Shown here one piece after another: positions 1 through 9,465 of a DNA stretch of 38,144 bases. Position 1 is the stretch's first letter; every line of letters begins with the position of its first letter. The translations under genes and the position numbers were made by a program. Location of the stretch: positions 1 through 38,144 of the forward strand of contig DALYDM010000004.1 of NCBI GenBank assembly GCA_031973235.1, written 5' to 3'. This stretch comes from Minisyncoccota bacterium (lineage in GTDB: Bacteria > Patescibacteriota > Minisyncoccia > Phycocordibacterales > UBA9973). Below the pieces are notes generated by a model. That model was given only the letters and a program-made list of their open reading frames with translations, made no database searches and had not been told where the DNA came from.

Positions 1-2
1 CA

Positions 3-563
3 ACAAATGTCGATATCAACAAAAAATTCGTAGTGTTTTCAGTTCGAGACATGGAAGACGAACTCAAGCCTGTTGCAATGTACATAGTGACTCACTTTAT
101 TTGGAATGCAGTCAGAAGAACACTCAAAAAGCGACTTCTTGTAGTGGATGAGGCATGGTGGATGATGAAATCTGAAGACACTGCGTCGTTTCTCTACTCA
201 ATTGCAAAACGAGGAAGAAAATACTATCTAGGTCTTTGTACCATCACTCAAGACGTAGGAGACTTCATGAGAAGTCCATATGGAGTTCCAATCGTAACAA
301 ACTCTTCACTTCAAATGCTTCTGAAGCAATCTCCGAGTTCGATTGATCTTCTTCAAAAAACATTCAACCTTACAGACGAAGAGAAATTTAGACTTCTTGA
401 GTCAAATGTAGGAGAGGGAATATTCTTTGCAGGACTAAAGCATGTACAACTCAAAATCCTCGCATCACCAACAGAGGAAATGATAATCACCTCAGACCCT
501 TCTCAGGTACTCGCAATCAAAAAAGCAAAACAAGACCTCGCACAAGCCGAAGTAAAACAATAA
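3..563 (+). CDS. VirB4/TraG-like P-loop ATPase, C-terminal part (5'-truncated by the window)
   Basis: Frame open from base 3. Walker B LLVVDEAWW, then KRGRKY and CTITQ, typical of the VirB4/HerA-like C-terminal domain. Confidence 0.85.
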   Translation, partial: TNVDINKKFVVFSVRDMEDELKPVAMYIVTHFIWNAVRRTLKKRLLVVDEAWWMMKSEDTASFLYSIAKRGRKYYLGLCTITQDVGDFMRSPYGVPIVTNSSLQMLLKQSPSSIDLLQKTFNLTDEEKFRLLESNVGEGIFFAGLKHVQLKILASPTEEMIITSDPSQVLAIKKAKQDLAQAEVKQ

Positions 564-597
564 AACACACAGTGACTCGGTCACTGTGTGTTTTATT
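559..597. terminator. Intrinsic terminator hairpin
   Basis: AATAAAACACACAGTGAC-TCG-GTCACTGTGTGTTTTATT, 18-bp stem at the ATPase stop. Confidence 0.85.
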
Positions 598-643
598 ACA
601 CAAGGTTTCTCTTTTTTTTAAAAATCATTGTATACTATTAGTA

Positions 644-1633
644 ATGAAAAACTGGATTAGAAGTCTATTTATACTATTTTCAATACTTCCATTTGCTGTA
701 TCAGCTCAAACATTTTCTGCAATAAAAGAAAGTGATGTTGTTGTAAAACTTTCACCTCAAATTCCTGGCCCAAACGAATCAGTTACAATTACACTGCAAA
801 GTTATGCTATTGATTTAAACAAAGCAAACATATCATGGACAGTAAACGGAAAACTCACTCCAAGTACTGAAGTCGGAGGGAAAAGCATAAAAATCACCAC
901 AGGTGGTGTAGGTTCAACAATTTCTGTGGTAGCTGAAATCAAAGGGACCGGTTTTGAAAACATCACAAAAAACATTCTGATTAGACCTGCTGAAATTGAC
1001 TTGCTTTGGGAAGTCAAAGATTCATATGTGCCACCATTTTACAAAGGAAAGGCACTACCATCATCAGAGTCGACAATAAAAGTGGTGGCAATCCCAAACA
1101 TCAAAACAGCAAGTGGTACAAAACTAAAATCAACTGATTTTGTGTTTAACTGGAAAAGAAATTTTGATTCAGTACAAGCAAGTTCTGGCTATGGCAAAGA
1201 TTCTTTTGAATTTAAACACAGTTATTTCAACAAAACAGAAAACATATCACTTGTTGTATCAGGAGTTTCACTTCCAACAGGTGCGGATTCACAGCTTTCT
1301 CTAACTCCAGGTTCGCCTAAAATTCTCTTTTATGAACAAAGTCCACTATATGGCACTCAATACCAAAAAGAGCTTGGTCAATTGTTTACGATGAACACAG
1401 ACGAGACATCAATCGTCGCAGAACCTTATTTCTTTTCGCCAAAAAATGTCATCTATAGTGATGTTCAGTTTAAATGGAATGTAAATGGAGCATCGGTGTC
1501 AAATCAATCACCAAAAAATGTCCTTCCTGTACGAAAAGGTGGCACTGGTGGTTCAAGCAAACTCACAATCACAGTTGAAAGCATTACAAAACTTTTTCAA
1601 TCAGCAACTAAAACACTTTTTGTGAATTTATAA
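644..1633 (+). CDS. Secreted beta-rich (Ig-like) hypothetical protein
   Basis: Signal peptide MKNWIRSLFILFSILPFAVSA-Q. Two similar beta-rich modules (I/F-x-W-x-VNG recurs near both ends). ATG 644 preferred over the upstream start; TATACT lies 7 nt before it. Confidence 0.75.
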   Translation: MKNWIRSLFILFSILPFAVSAQTFSAIKESDVVVKLSPQIPGPNESVTITLQSYAIDLNKANISWTVNGKLTPSTEVGGKSIKITTGGVGSTISVVAEIKGTGFENITKNILIRPAEIDLLWEVKDSYVPPFYKGKALPSSESTIKVVAIPNIKTASGTKLKSTDFVFNWKRNFDSVQASSGYGKDSFEFKHSYFNKTENISLVVSGVSLPTGADSQLSLTPGSPKILFYEQSPLYGTQYQKELGQLFTMNTDETSIVAEPYFFSPKNVIYSDVQFKWNVNGASVSNQSPKNVLPVRKGGTGGSSKLTITVESITKLFQSATKTLFVNL

Positions 1634-1637
1634 TATT

Positions 1638-2927
1638 ATGAAAAAAAGATTTTTTATTAAAATTGCTGGCTACATAGTTCTATCACTTTTTTGCGGTACA
1701 CTTGTAAGTCCATTACTTTCACATGCTCAATCAAGTCCAATCACTCTCCAGTCACAAAATGTATCACCCGCACCAAATGGAAATTTTAACTGGGAAATCA
1801 AGATCAATTCACCTTCAATCACCGGAACTGCACAAATAACAATCAAAGTGTACGAGCAAGTTTCACTACCCCAAGTTCCTCCTGTGGTAAACCAGCAAAA
1901 TGTTTCAATCACAGTACTTGGTGGAACATATTCGTCTGGACCAATTCTTCTTTCAAATAAAACTTATGTTGCAGAAGGTGTATATACACTAAATGGAGCA
2001 CCTCAAACCACTCCGTCAATCACTATCACTACAAGCCAAGGAACATCACCGACAGACACACCAGGAGATTCAAACCCAGCAGTCCTTAATCCAACCAATC
2101 CAACAGTAGAACAACCAGGCGAAGGGGAGTCTTACAAACTTCTTGCACCATTGCCGATATTTGGATCAGTATTTAATGCTTCAGGAAAATCTTTTGGGGA
2201 ATATCTCTCAATAATGTTTACGTTTTTTGTATCATTTGCTGGAGTACTTGCTGTGGTAATGCTCATTTTTGGAGGAATTCAATACATGTCGACAGACTCC
2301 CTCTCTGGAACAGAGTCTGGTCGTTCAAAAATGTATCAGGCTGTGTTTGGATTGATTATTGTTCTCGCGTCTTATGTTATCCTAAACACCGTAAATCCAA
2401 ACCTGGTTAAATTTAATTTTTCGATACAAGGACAATCAATTGAAATAAATGAAACAGCAGATGATGGAACAAATTTAACAATTCAATACTCAGGAGCGGG
2501 AACATGTCCACAAGACTGTGTAGATCTTCTTCCAGATGTCCCAATTAAAAACAGTTCTGGTAAAAAAATCGAAAAAAGCGTAAAGGAAAAACTTGTTGCC
2601 TTTACAAATAAAATTAAAAGCGACAACATAATCAACAATCAGTGGGGCGTTACGGAAGCATGGTCACCATCAAGGACACACAAAGCGCAGTGTCACCCAA
2701 AAGGAACATGCATTGATGCAAACTTTACAGGTTCTCCTACTGCACAAATGGTAAAACAATTTATAAGTCAGGCGTCTGCATCAGGTCTATGTGCTATTTA
2801 CGAAGTACAGAGCGACCAAGCACGCAATCAACTTATTAGCGCAGGAGTTAGTTCTTCAAATGTTAAAAATTACGGAACGTGGATTAGTGCACCTCATTTT
2901 TCGGTATACGGAGGTACTTGTAAATAA
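1638..2927 (+). CDS. Pilin-like (TrbC/VirB2-type two-TM hairpin) protein with a C-terminal M15/Hedgehog-fold Zn-peptidase-like domain
   Basis: Signal peptide, then a pilin segment (AGVLAVVMLIFGGIQYM...GRSKMYQAVFGLIIVLASYVILNTVNP), then VTEAW..H...HPKGTCID...PHFSV. Confidence 0.7.
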   Translation: MKKRFFIKIAGYIVLSLFCGTLVSPLLSHAQSSPITLQSQNVSPAPNGNFNWEIKINSPSITGTAQITIKVYEQVSLPQVPPVVNQQNVSITVLGGTYSSGPILLSNKTYVAEGVYTLNGAPQTTPSITITTSQGTSPTDTPGDSNPAVLNPTNPTVEQPGEGESYKLLAPLPIFGSVFNASGKSFGEYLSIMFTFFVSFAGVLAVVMLIFGGIQYMSTDSLSGTESGRSKMYQAVFGLIIVLASYVILNTVNPNLVKFNFSIQGQSIEINETADDGTNLTIQYSGAGTCPQDCVDLLPDVPIKNSSGKKIEKSVKEKLVAFTNKIKSDNIINNQWGVTEAWSPSRTHKAQCHPKGTCIDANFTGSPTAQMVKQFISQASASGLCAIYEVQSDQARNQLISAGVSSSNVKNYGTWISAPHFSVYGGTCK

Positions 2928-2932
2928 ATACT

Positions 2933-4264
2933 ATGAATAAAAAAATACTTACAATAATAATAGTAGTTTCTCTTCTGTCATTTGTTGGTGGAATTGGAGT
3001 TCTGTTGTTTAACAGAACAAACACTGCGGACAACACAGGAACTACTTCTGAAAATAATGGACTAACATTTCGAGATTTCTTCACATTTGGCGGATCAAAA
3101 AACACTACTCCAACTCCAGACCAAAATGAAGACACCCCTACACCTATCGATGACACCCCAGTTACTCCAAGTGAAATTCCAAAACTTCGCCAAGTATCTT
3201 ATGAACCAACTACAGGATTTGGAACACTTACAATCGAAAGAGAGATGGTAGAACCAGAGCCTTTAACAGCTTTAACAGAAAGTCCTACATCTGAATCAAA
3301 ATCTGCAACCACAGCAAATGCAAAAAAGGTTGAAAAAATTGACTCAGTACGATATCAAGATAGGGCAACTGGCCACATATATCAAACATTTCTCGACATA
3401 ATAAGTCCTCAAAAAATTTCAAACACCACTATTCCAAAAGTACATCACTCATATTTTGTCAGCAACAGCGAAGGATTAATTGACCAATATCTCACAACTT
3501 CACGTTCAATCGAAACGTACAGCGCCCAACTCACAAAAGACAAAGAAGGAAATTATAATGGAATCGTCGGAACATTTTTACCAAAAGATATTCTAGATCT
3601 ATCAACACTGACCGATTCTACAAAAATATTTTATATTTCTACTTTAGAAAACGGTGTTGTAGGGACTATTTCATCACCAAAAGGTGATTCAAAAATCCAA
3701 GTTTTCTCATCAAAATTTTCTGAGTGGAACTCACAATTTCCAAACAGTAAGCTTGTCACCGTCACAACAAAACCTTCTGCACGATCATTAGGATACATGT
3801 ACGGAATAGACACTTCAATAAAATCTTTCGATAAAATATTGGGTGGAATTTCTGGTCTTACAACACTTACGAGTCCAGACGGAAAACAAATTCTCTACAG
3901 TGCAACAACAACCGGAGGGTTCACTTCAAGTATATACAGCCGAGAAACAAAGAGTGCATTAACCCTTGGACTAGTTACTTTCCCTGAAAAATGCGTCTGG
4001 GCACGTGACTCAAAAACAGCATATTGTGCAGTACCACAATCAATCCCAACAGGTGAATATCCTGATAGTTGGTATCAGGGCACAGTATCATTCAATGATT
4101 CATTTTGGAAACTCGACACAGAATCAAATATATTTGAGCTTATCTATGATTCGGCATCAGAAGGAAGAAATTTTGATGGTGTTCAGTTAAAACTTTCGAC
4201 AAATGAAAAATATCTATTGTTTGTAAATAAAGTAGATAATCAACTTTGGAGTATTACTTTATAA
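2933..4264 (+). CDS. Membrane-anchored hypothetical protein with a probable TolB-like beta-propeller
   Basis: N-terminal TM helix and P/T-rich linker, then repeated blades (SPDGKQILYS, CVWARDSKTAYC, LSTNEKYLLF). Confidence 0.7.
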   Translation: MNKKILTIIIVVSLLSFVGGIGVLLFNRTNTADNTGTTSENNGLTFRDFFTFGGSKNTTPTPDQNEDTPTPIDDTPVTPSEIPKLRQVSYEPTTGFGTLTIEREMVEPEPLTALTESPTSESKSATTANAKKVEKIDSVRYQDRATGHIYQTFLDIISPQKISNTTIPKVHHSYFVSNSEGLIDQYLTTSRSIETYSAQLTKDKEGNYNGIVGTFLPKDILDLSTLTDSTKIFYISTLENGVVGTISSPKGDSKIQVFSSKFSEWNSQFPNSKLVTVTTKPSARSLGYMYGIDTSIKSFDKILGGISGLTTLTSPDGKQILYSATTTGGFTSSIYSRETKSALTLGLVTFPEKCVWARDSKTAYCAVPQSIPTGEYPDSWYQGTVSFNDSFWKLDTESNIFELIYDSASEGRNFDGVQLKLSTNEKYLLFVNKVDNQLWSITL

Positions 4265-4280
4265 CAACCAGGTAAATAGA

Positions 4281-4311
4281 ATAAAACGCACTGATATTCA
4301 GTGCGTTTTAT
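4281..4311. terminator. Bidirectional terminator between convergent genes
   Basis: ATAAAACGCACTGA-TAT-TCAGTGCGTTTTAT, 14-bp stem. Confidence 0.85.
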
Positions 4312-4772
4312 AATTCACCTATATATTTGATGGTAATTCTTCGATCTTTTCCTTCACCAATTGATTCTGTTTTTAGATCAGTTTTGCTTTGTAGAAATGA
4401 GTGGACGATTTTTCTCTCGTATGGAGACATTGGATCTATTTCAACGGTTGACTTAAAATATCGTGCTCGCTCTGCCATCATGTGAGCAATTGCTTTCAAA
4501 TTATCAATTTTTCTCTTTTGGAAATCATCAACATCGATAATGTATTGAGGAAGTACTTCTTGCTGTAAATTCTTTTCTATAAGCCGTTTTACGAGGTGGT
4601 TCAGTGCCATAAGGTTCTCACCATCACGTCCGATAAAATATCTTGGCTCGTGGGTTTTTATGGTGTACCAAGTGGTGTTTGTATCGTCATCATACGACAC
4701 AATAATATCTTCAACGTGAAAACTTGTTTTAGTAATCAAATCTTTAATTAATGTGTCTAGTTCGTAACTCAT
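4308..4772 (-). CDS. jag: Jag/KhpB-family KH-R3H RNA-binding protein, short form
   Basis: KH motif IGRDGENLMAL, R3H motif MSPYERKIVH, position after yidC. Confidence 0.85.
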   Translation of the reverse strand: MSYELDTLIKDLITKTSFHVEDIIVSYDDDTNTTWYTIKTHEPRYFIGRDGENLMALNHLVKRLIEKNLQQEVLPQYIIDVDDFQKRKIDNLKAIAHMMAERARYFKSTVEIDPMSPYERKIVHSFLQSKTDLKTESIGEGKDRRITIKYIGEL

Positions 4773-4778
4773 AGTATT

Positions 4779-5507
4779 TTAAGCAGAAATTGCTGTATTT
4801 TTTTGAAGTTTTTTCTTAATAATCAACTCTTGGATTATTGATACAACATTGTTTACTACAAGATAAAGTGCAATTGCTCCAGAAGTTGAATACGCCACAA
4901 ATGCAATAAACACAGGCATAACATATCTCATTTGCATATTCATACTTTTCATCAATTCACCCTTAAATGATTGATCTCCTTCCTTTTTCTTATAGACAGG
5001 CATTGAGATTCTTACTTGCAAGAATTGTGTTATACCGGCAAGAATTGCAAGAACAATACTCTTTTTTGCGATATCGATAATACCTAGAAATAGTGTGTTT
5101 AAGTGTTCTGGGTATTTTACAAAAGAATACATAAGACTCTCGTTGAATGTAAAACCACTATAAAAAACTTTATACAACGCAATAAGAATTGGGAGTTGTA
5201 TTATCAACACCAAACAACCAGAAAGGGGATTTATGTTGTGTTTTTTGTATAATTCAAAGGTTTTCTTTGCTTGTTCCTCTTTGTTTGGATACTGGTTCTT
5301 GATAGTTTCAAGTTCCGGCTCAATTTCTCGCATTTTTATTTGACTGCGAAGAGATTTTTGAGTTAAAGGGAAGGTTATTATCTTTACTAAAATAGTAAGT
5401 ACCACCACTGCAATACCCACATCAGACCAAGGAACATGAGAAATAAGGAATACGAGTGCGTTGTAAAGTGGTTCGTAGAAAAAATTCATCCAAATTGAGT
5501 TAAACAT
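4779..5507 (-). CDS. yidC: Membrane protein insertase YidC/Oxa1 (short form)
   Basis: LTILVK..FPL, NPLSGCL..IIQLPILIALY, GAIALY motifs; canonical synteny. Confidence 0.93.
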   Translation of the reverse strand: MFNSIWMNFFYEPLYNALVFLISHVPWSDVGIAVVVLTILVKIITFPLTQKSLRSQIKMREIEPELETIKNQYPNKEEQAKKTFELYKKHNINPLSGCLVLIIQLPILIALYKVFYSGFTFNESLMYSFVKYPEHLNTLFLGIIDIAKKSIVLAILAGITQFLQVRISMPVYKKKEGDQSFKGELMKSMNMQMRYVMPVFIAFVAYSTSGAIALYLVVNNVVSIIQELIIKKKLQKNTAISA

Positions 5508-5545
5508 GGAAGTATTATACTCTTTTCGAACACTATTTCAAAAGT

Positions 5546-5758
5546 TTAATTAAGTGGGTCTATTTCATGAGGATGCCATGGATGACATTTTAAAATCCTC
5601 TTAATTGTAAGAAAAAATCCTTTAAAAAATCCATATTTTGTAAAAGCCTGCAATGAATATTCTGAGCAGGTTGGATAAAACTTACATGAATCCTTTTTAC
5701 CAACAAATCGCATAATATGTTGATAAATAAGGATTATTTTAATCATTATCCACTTCAT
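5546..5758 (-). CDS. yidD: Membrane protein insertion efficiency factor YidD
   Basis: [10 protein letters not shown]...RILKCHPW motif, located between rnpA and yidC. Confidence 0.93.
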   Translation of the reverse strand: MKWIMIKIILIYQHIMRFVGKKDSCKFYPTCSEYSLQAFTKYGFFKGFFLTIKRILKCHPWHPHEIDPLN

Positions 5759-6093
5759 TACAGTAAAGATATCTTACTTAAAAGCTCTAAAACTGCTTTT
5801 TTTGCCTCATTCGGCGACAAATCGAGATAATGTTTTTTTGGAAATATCATTAAAATACAAGGTATTTTTAGGTTTTTTGATACATTTTGGACAATTTCAT
5901 ATATTCTGCGCTTTGTTTTATTGCGACCAACCGCGCTTTTTTCAACCTTTTTGGACACAACTACTGATGTTTTAGAGGGAAATTCGCTAATAACCTTATA
6001 TTTTAAGGTTAAAAAATCATTTGAAACAGTTTTTGAATGAGAAAAAGACTCAGAAAAGAGTCTTTTTGTAATTCTTTGCCTCTTAGGGAGCAT
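5758..6093 (-). CDS. rnpA: Ribonuclease P protein component
   Basis: MLPKRQRI start and RNR-type motif [18 protein letters not shown]; synteny. Confidence 0.92.
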   Translation of the reverse strand: MLPKRQRITKRLFSESFSHSKTVSNDFLTLKYKVISEFPSKTSVVVSKKVEKSAVGRNKTKRRIYEIVQNVSKNLKIPCILMIFPKKHYLDLSPNEAKKAVLELLSKISLL

Positions 6094-6242
6094 TATTTTC
6101 GGCGAGTTTTCACTGCTACACGAGCTCGACCTTTTTGTCGGCGTCTCTTGAGGACATTTTTTCCTGTCTTAGAAGCACTTCGGACGAGAAATCCGTGTGT
6201 CTTTGCGCGCTTTCTTTTATTAGGGTTATAAGTCTGTGACAT
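6093..6242 (-). CDS. rpmH: 50S ribosomal protein L34 (missing from the supplied ORF track)
   Basis: Translated by hand: [49 protein letters not shown]. Its TAA overlaps the rnpA ATG (TAATG). Confidence 0.96.
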   Translation of the reverse strand: MSQTYNPNKRKRAKTHGFLVRSASKTGKNVLKRRRQKGRARVAVKTRRK

Positions 6243-6369
6243 ATGTCGGAATATACACTAAATTATAAATTAAATCAATAGCTGCATTTATTGTAATGAT
6301 TTTCTTTTAGAGCACGACTCTTTGTTGTTGTGAAGTATGCACCATTAAGTAGGGGAGGGTATAATAACA

Positions 6370-6421
6370 CTATTCACAGTTTTTCCACAGGGTAATCCAG
6401 AGTTTTGAATTGTTATTCACA
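6370..6421 (+). promoter_or_regulatory. DnaA boxes upstream of dnaA
   Basis: CTATTCACA 6370, TTTTCCACA 6381 and TTATTCACA 6413, versus consensus TTWTNCACA. Confidence 0.7.
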
Positions 6422-6475
6422 GCCTTTGTTCAATTATAATTGTTTTTATACAAGCTAACTTATTGATTCATTCTT

Positions 6476-7828
6476 ATGACAGAGTACAAACAACTTTGGG
6501 ATACGTGTTTAGGAGAGATAGAACTTAATGTCTCAAAAGCTAATTTTAGTACTTGGTTTAAAGATACTTCCATAATTAAATATGAATTTGGAACAATATA
6601 TGTCGGTGTGCCAAATGAATTTGTTAAAGATTGGCTAATAAACAAGTTTAATAAGCTTATTCTAAAAACATTAGTTGATCATTCACCTGAAATCAGGGCA
6701 GTTGAATATATTATTTCTAAACACTCTCAAAAAAAGGAGGGTACAGATACAGATATTGCAAAAACATTCATAAACAAGGAATTGCCTTTGTCTGATTTAT
6801 ATATAAACAAAGAAGACAATCTTAATCCCCGATATGTTTTTGAGTCATTTATTGTAGGTCCTTTTAATGAATTAGCTCATGCTGCGGCTCAATCAATAAT
6901 AAGAAACCCTGGTCGTTCTTATAATCCACTATATATCTATGGAGACACAGGACTTGGAAAAACTCACCTAATACAAGCAATTGGTAATGCAATAAAACAG
7001 AAATTTCCTGAAAAAAAGGTTAATTATATTACCCTTGAGAAGTTCGCAACTGACCTTATAAATTCATTCCAAAACAACAAAGCTGCTCAATTTAAGGAAA
7101 AATACAGGAAATATGACGTATTAATTATTGATGACATACAATTTGTAGGTAAAATGGAAAAAACACAAGAAGAACTTTTCCATATGTTTAATTTTATGTT
7201 TGAAAATAATAAACAAATTGTATTTTCATCAGATAAACACCCAAATTTTATTCCTGGATTAGAAGATCGCCTTCGTTCAAGATTTAATCAAGGAATGATC
7301 ATTGATGTCCTTCAACCAGAATATGAATCTCGAATGGCTATACTTAAAGCAAAAGTATCACAACTAGGTGATATTCCACTTACTGATGAAATAATCGAGT
7401 ATTTAGCAACAACAATTCAAGGAAATGTCCGAGAACTTGAAGGAAATCTTAATGTAGTTGTCTGTCATATTCAGCTTAAAAATAGACCACTTTCATTGAA
7501 TGAAGTAAAAGGATTAATAAAAAATAGTATTAAACCAAAGAAAAATATATCTATTAAGGAGGTTGCAAAGGTTATTTCAGACTATTACAACCTTGAAGAA
7601 TCTCTTATATATGAAAAAACACGAAGGAAAGAGATAGTAAGAGCTCGACAATTAATCATGTATATTCTTCGAGAAGATTTCAATGTGTCATATCCATTAA
7701 TAGGTCAAAAACTAGGAGGAAAGGATCATACAACAGTAATTCATTCTTGTGAAAAGGTTAAAAATGACCTTAAAAACAACATGGGTCTTTCACAGGAAAT
7801 AGAGGAATTACGTTTATTATTTAAGTAA
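6476..7828 (+). CDS. dnaA: Chromosomal replication initiator DnaA
   Basis: NPRYVFESF, Walker A GDTGLGKTHL, IDDIQF, domain IV GGKDHTTVIH. Confidence 0.99.
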   Translation: MTEYKQLWDTCLGEIELNVSKANFSTWFKDTSIIKYEFGTIYVGVPNEFVKDWLINKFNKLILKTLVDHSPEIRAVEYIISKHSQKKEGTDTDIAKTFINKELPLSDLYINKEDNLNPRYVFESFIVGPFNELAHAAAQSIIRNPGRSYNPLYIYGDTGLGKTHLIQAIGNAIKQKFPEKKVNYITLEKFATDLINSFQNNKAAQFKEKYRKYDVLIIDDIQFVGKMEKTQEELFHMFNFMFENNKQIVFSSDKHPNFIPGLEDRLRSRFNQGMIIDVLQPEYESRMAILKAKVSQLGDIPLTDEIIEYLATTIQGNVRELEGNLNVVVCHIQLKNRPLSLNEVKGLIKNSIKPKKNISIKEVAKVISDYYNLEESLIYEKTRRKEIVRARQLIMYILREDFNVSYPLIGQKLGGKDHTTVIHSCEKVKNDLKNNMGLSQEIEELRLLFK

Positions 7829-8089
7829 AATATGTGTATAACTCTGTGTATATCGTGGATATAACTATAGGATAACAATATGAAAAACCTGTTTATTCAA
7901 AAAGAATAACTAGTCAGTAATAATATATTTATTAAAGTTGTTAACAATTACCAAGAGTTATACACAAGTTGTGTAAAAAATATTTTAGAAATCTAGTTAT
8001 GATTTAAAAGGTTATTTAAGACTTATCCACTTATCAACAGGACTTAATAGTATTAATAAATTTATATATAAGAATTAATACACATACTT
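7829..8089. other. Replication origin oriC (DnaA-box cluster, DnaA-trios, AT-rich unwinding element)
   Basis: Boxes TGTGTATAA 7833, TGTGTATAT 7845, TTATACACA 7958, TGTGTAAAA 7970, TTATCCACT 8023, TTATCAACA 8031, then GGAC, NTA trios at 8044-8058 and an AT-rich tract. Confidence 0.9.
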
Positions 8090-9187
8090 ATGAAAGTAGA
8101 ATGCCAAATAGAAAAAATAAAAAAAGCACTTGTAGATGCGGATAAGATTACTGGTAAAAATCTCACTCTCCCAATTTTAAGTTCTATCTTACTTATTGCG
8201 TCAGGTAAGTCATTAAAATTTAGATCTACAAATATTAATCTCGGTATAGAAATAGAAATTCCTGCCAAAGTTGAAAAAGAAGGTGTTATTGCTGTTCATG
8301 GAACAACTATAGCCACCCTTTTTAACTCTTTAAATGACCAAGGTAACGTCTTTCTAGAACAAAACGACCAGATTGTTAATATAACCACAAAACATAGCTC
8401 ATTCGTCATTAAAAGCTATTCATATGAAGATTTTCCAACTATTCCGATAATAGAAGGAGAAACAATAACAATCCCTGTTAAAAAGTTTATTGAAGGTATA
8501 AAATCAGTGTATTACAGTTCATCACTTTCAGATATTAAGCCTGAAATAGCAAGTATTTATATTTATAACGAAGGTGATTCTCTTGTGTATGTTGCTACAG
8601 ATAGCTTTAGACTTGCCGAAAAGAGAGTAAAATTTAAATCAGATAGTGATTTTCCTGGGATATTGATTCCCTATAAAAATATTATCGAAATAATTAAGAT
8701 TATAGGTGATATTGATGGTGAAATGTCACTTATTGTAAACAAAAATCAAGTTTCATTTAGTGCACCTGGTGTATATCTCACTTCAAGGGCAGTTGACGGA
8801 GTTTTCCCTGATTATAAGCAAATAATTCCAAAAGAATTTAAGAGTGAAGCGGTTGTGTTGAAACAACATTTAGTAAACACATTAAAACTCTCAACAATTT
8901 TTAGTGATAAATTTAATCAAATAACACTTTCATTGAAACCTTCACAAAAGATTTTAGAAATTCATTCGAAAAATTCAGATATTGGTGAACATACAACTCG
9001 AATTGAAGGGACATTTACAGGTGAAGATATTGAAGTAAGTTTTAATTCGAAATATTTTATTGATTGTTTTCAATCAATAAGTAACGATAGTATTGTTTTA
9101 AAATTTAATCAAACTAATAAACCTATGATTATTCAATCATCACAAGATTCATCCTTTACTTATCTTGTAATGCCAATGAATAGATAA
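8090..9187 (+). CDS. dnaN: DNA polymerase III beta clamp
   Basis: ATDSFRLA, FPDYKQIIP and C-terminal LVMPM; follows dnaA. Confidence 0.98.
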   Translation: MKVECQIEKIKKALVDADKITGKNLTLPILSSILLIASGKSLKFRSTNINLGIEIEIPAKVEKEGVIAVHGTTIATLFNSLNDQGNVFLEQNDQIVNITTKHSSFVIKSYSYEDFPTIPIIEGETITIPVKKFIEGIKSVYYSSSLSDIKPEIASIYIYNEGDSLVYVATDSFRLAEKRVKFKSDSDFPGILIPYKNIIEIIKIIGDIDGEMSLIVNKNQVSFSAPGVYLTSRAVDGVFPDYKQIIPKEFKSEAVVLKQHLVNTLKLSTIFSDKFNQITLSLKPSQKILEIHSKNSDIGEHTTRIEGTFTGEDIEVSFNSKYFIDCFQSISNDSIVLKFNQTNKPMIIQSSQDSSFTYLVMPMNR

Positions 9188-9191
9188 GTAT

Positions 9192-9452
9192 ATGGCACAA
9201 GGTAATCTTGGTGATTTTTTAAATATCTTTAAAAACTTACTTTCACATGAAGAATCTCTTCGTGAAGATATAATGTCTGCTATTCAAAAAAGCACCAATA
9301 TTGAATTAGATAAAAAACAACTTACTATTAAAAATTCAGTATGCACTATCGAATGCCATCCCGCATTAAAAAATGAAATTTACTTAAAGAAAAATGAAAT
9401 AATGAAATCTTTAAATGAAATCACACATAAAAAAATCAGCGATATTCGCTGA
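9192..9452 (+). CDS. Small protein, possible DciA/DUF721-like helicase loader
   Basis: Coupled to dnaN. C-half IKNSVCTIECHPALKNEIYLKKNEIMKSLNE...ISDIR resembles the DciA KH-like pattern (judged by eye). Confidence 0.5.
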   Translation: MAQGNLGDFLNIFKNLLSHEESLREDIMSAIQKSTNIELDKKQLTIKNSVCTIECHPALKNEIYLKKNEIMKSLNEITHKKISDIR

Positions 9453-9465
9453 TTTTTTTATAAAA

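Noticed and set aside
6037-6231. 64-aa plus-strand ORF from the track
   Set aside because: Antisense shadow of rpmH/rnpA, which are clearly real on the minus strand.
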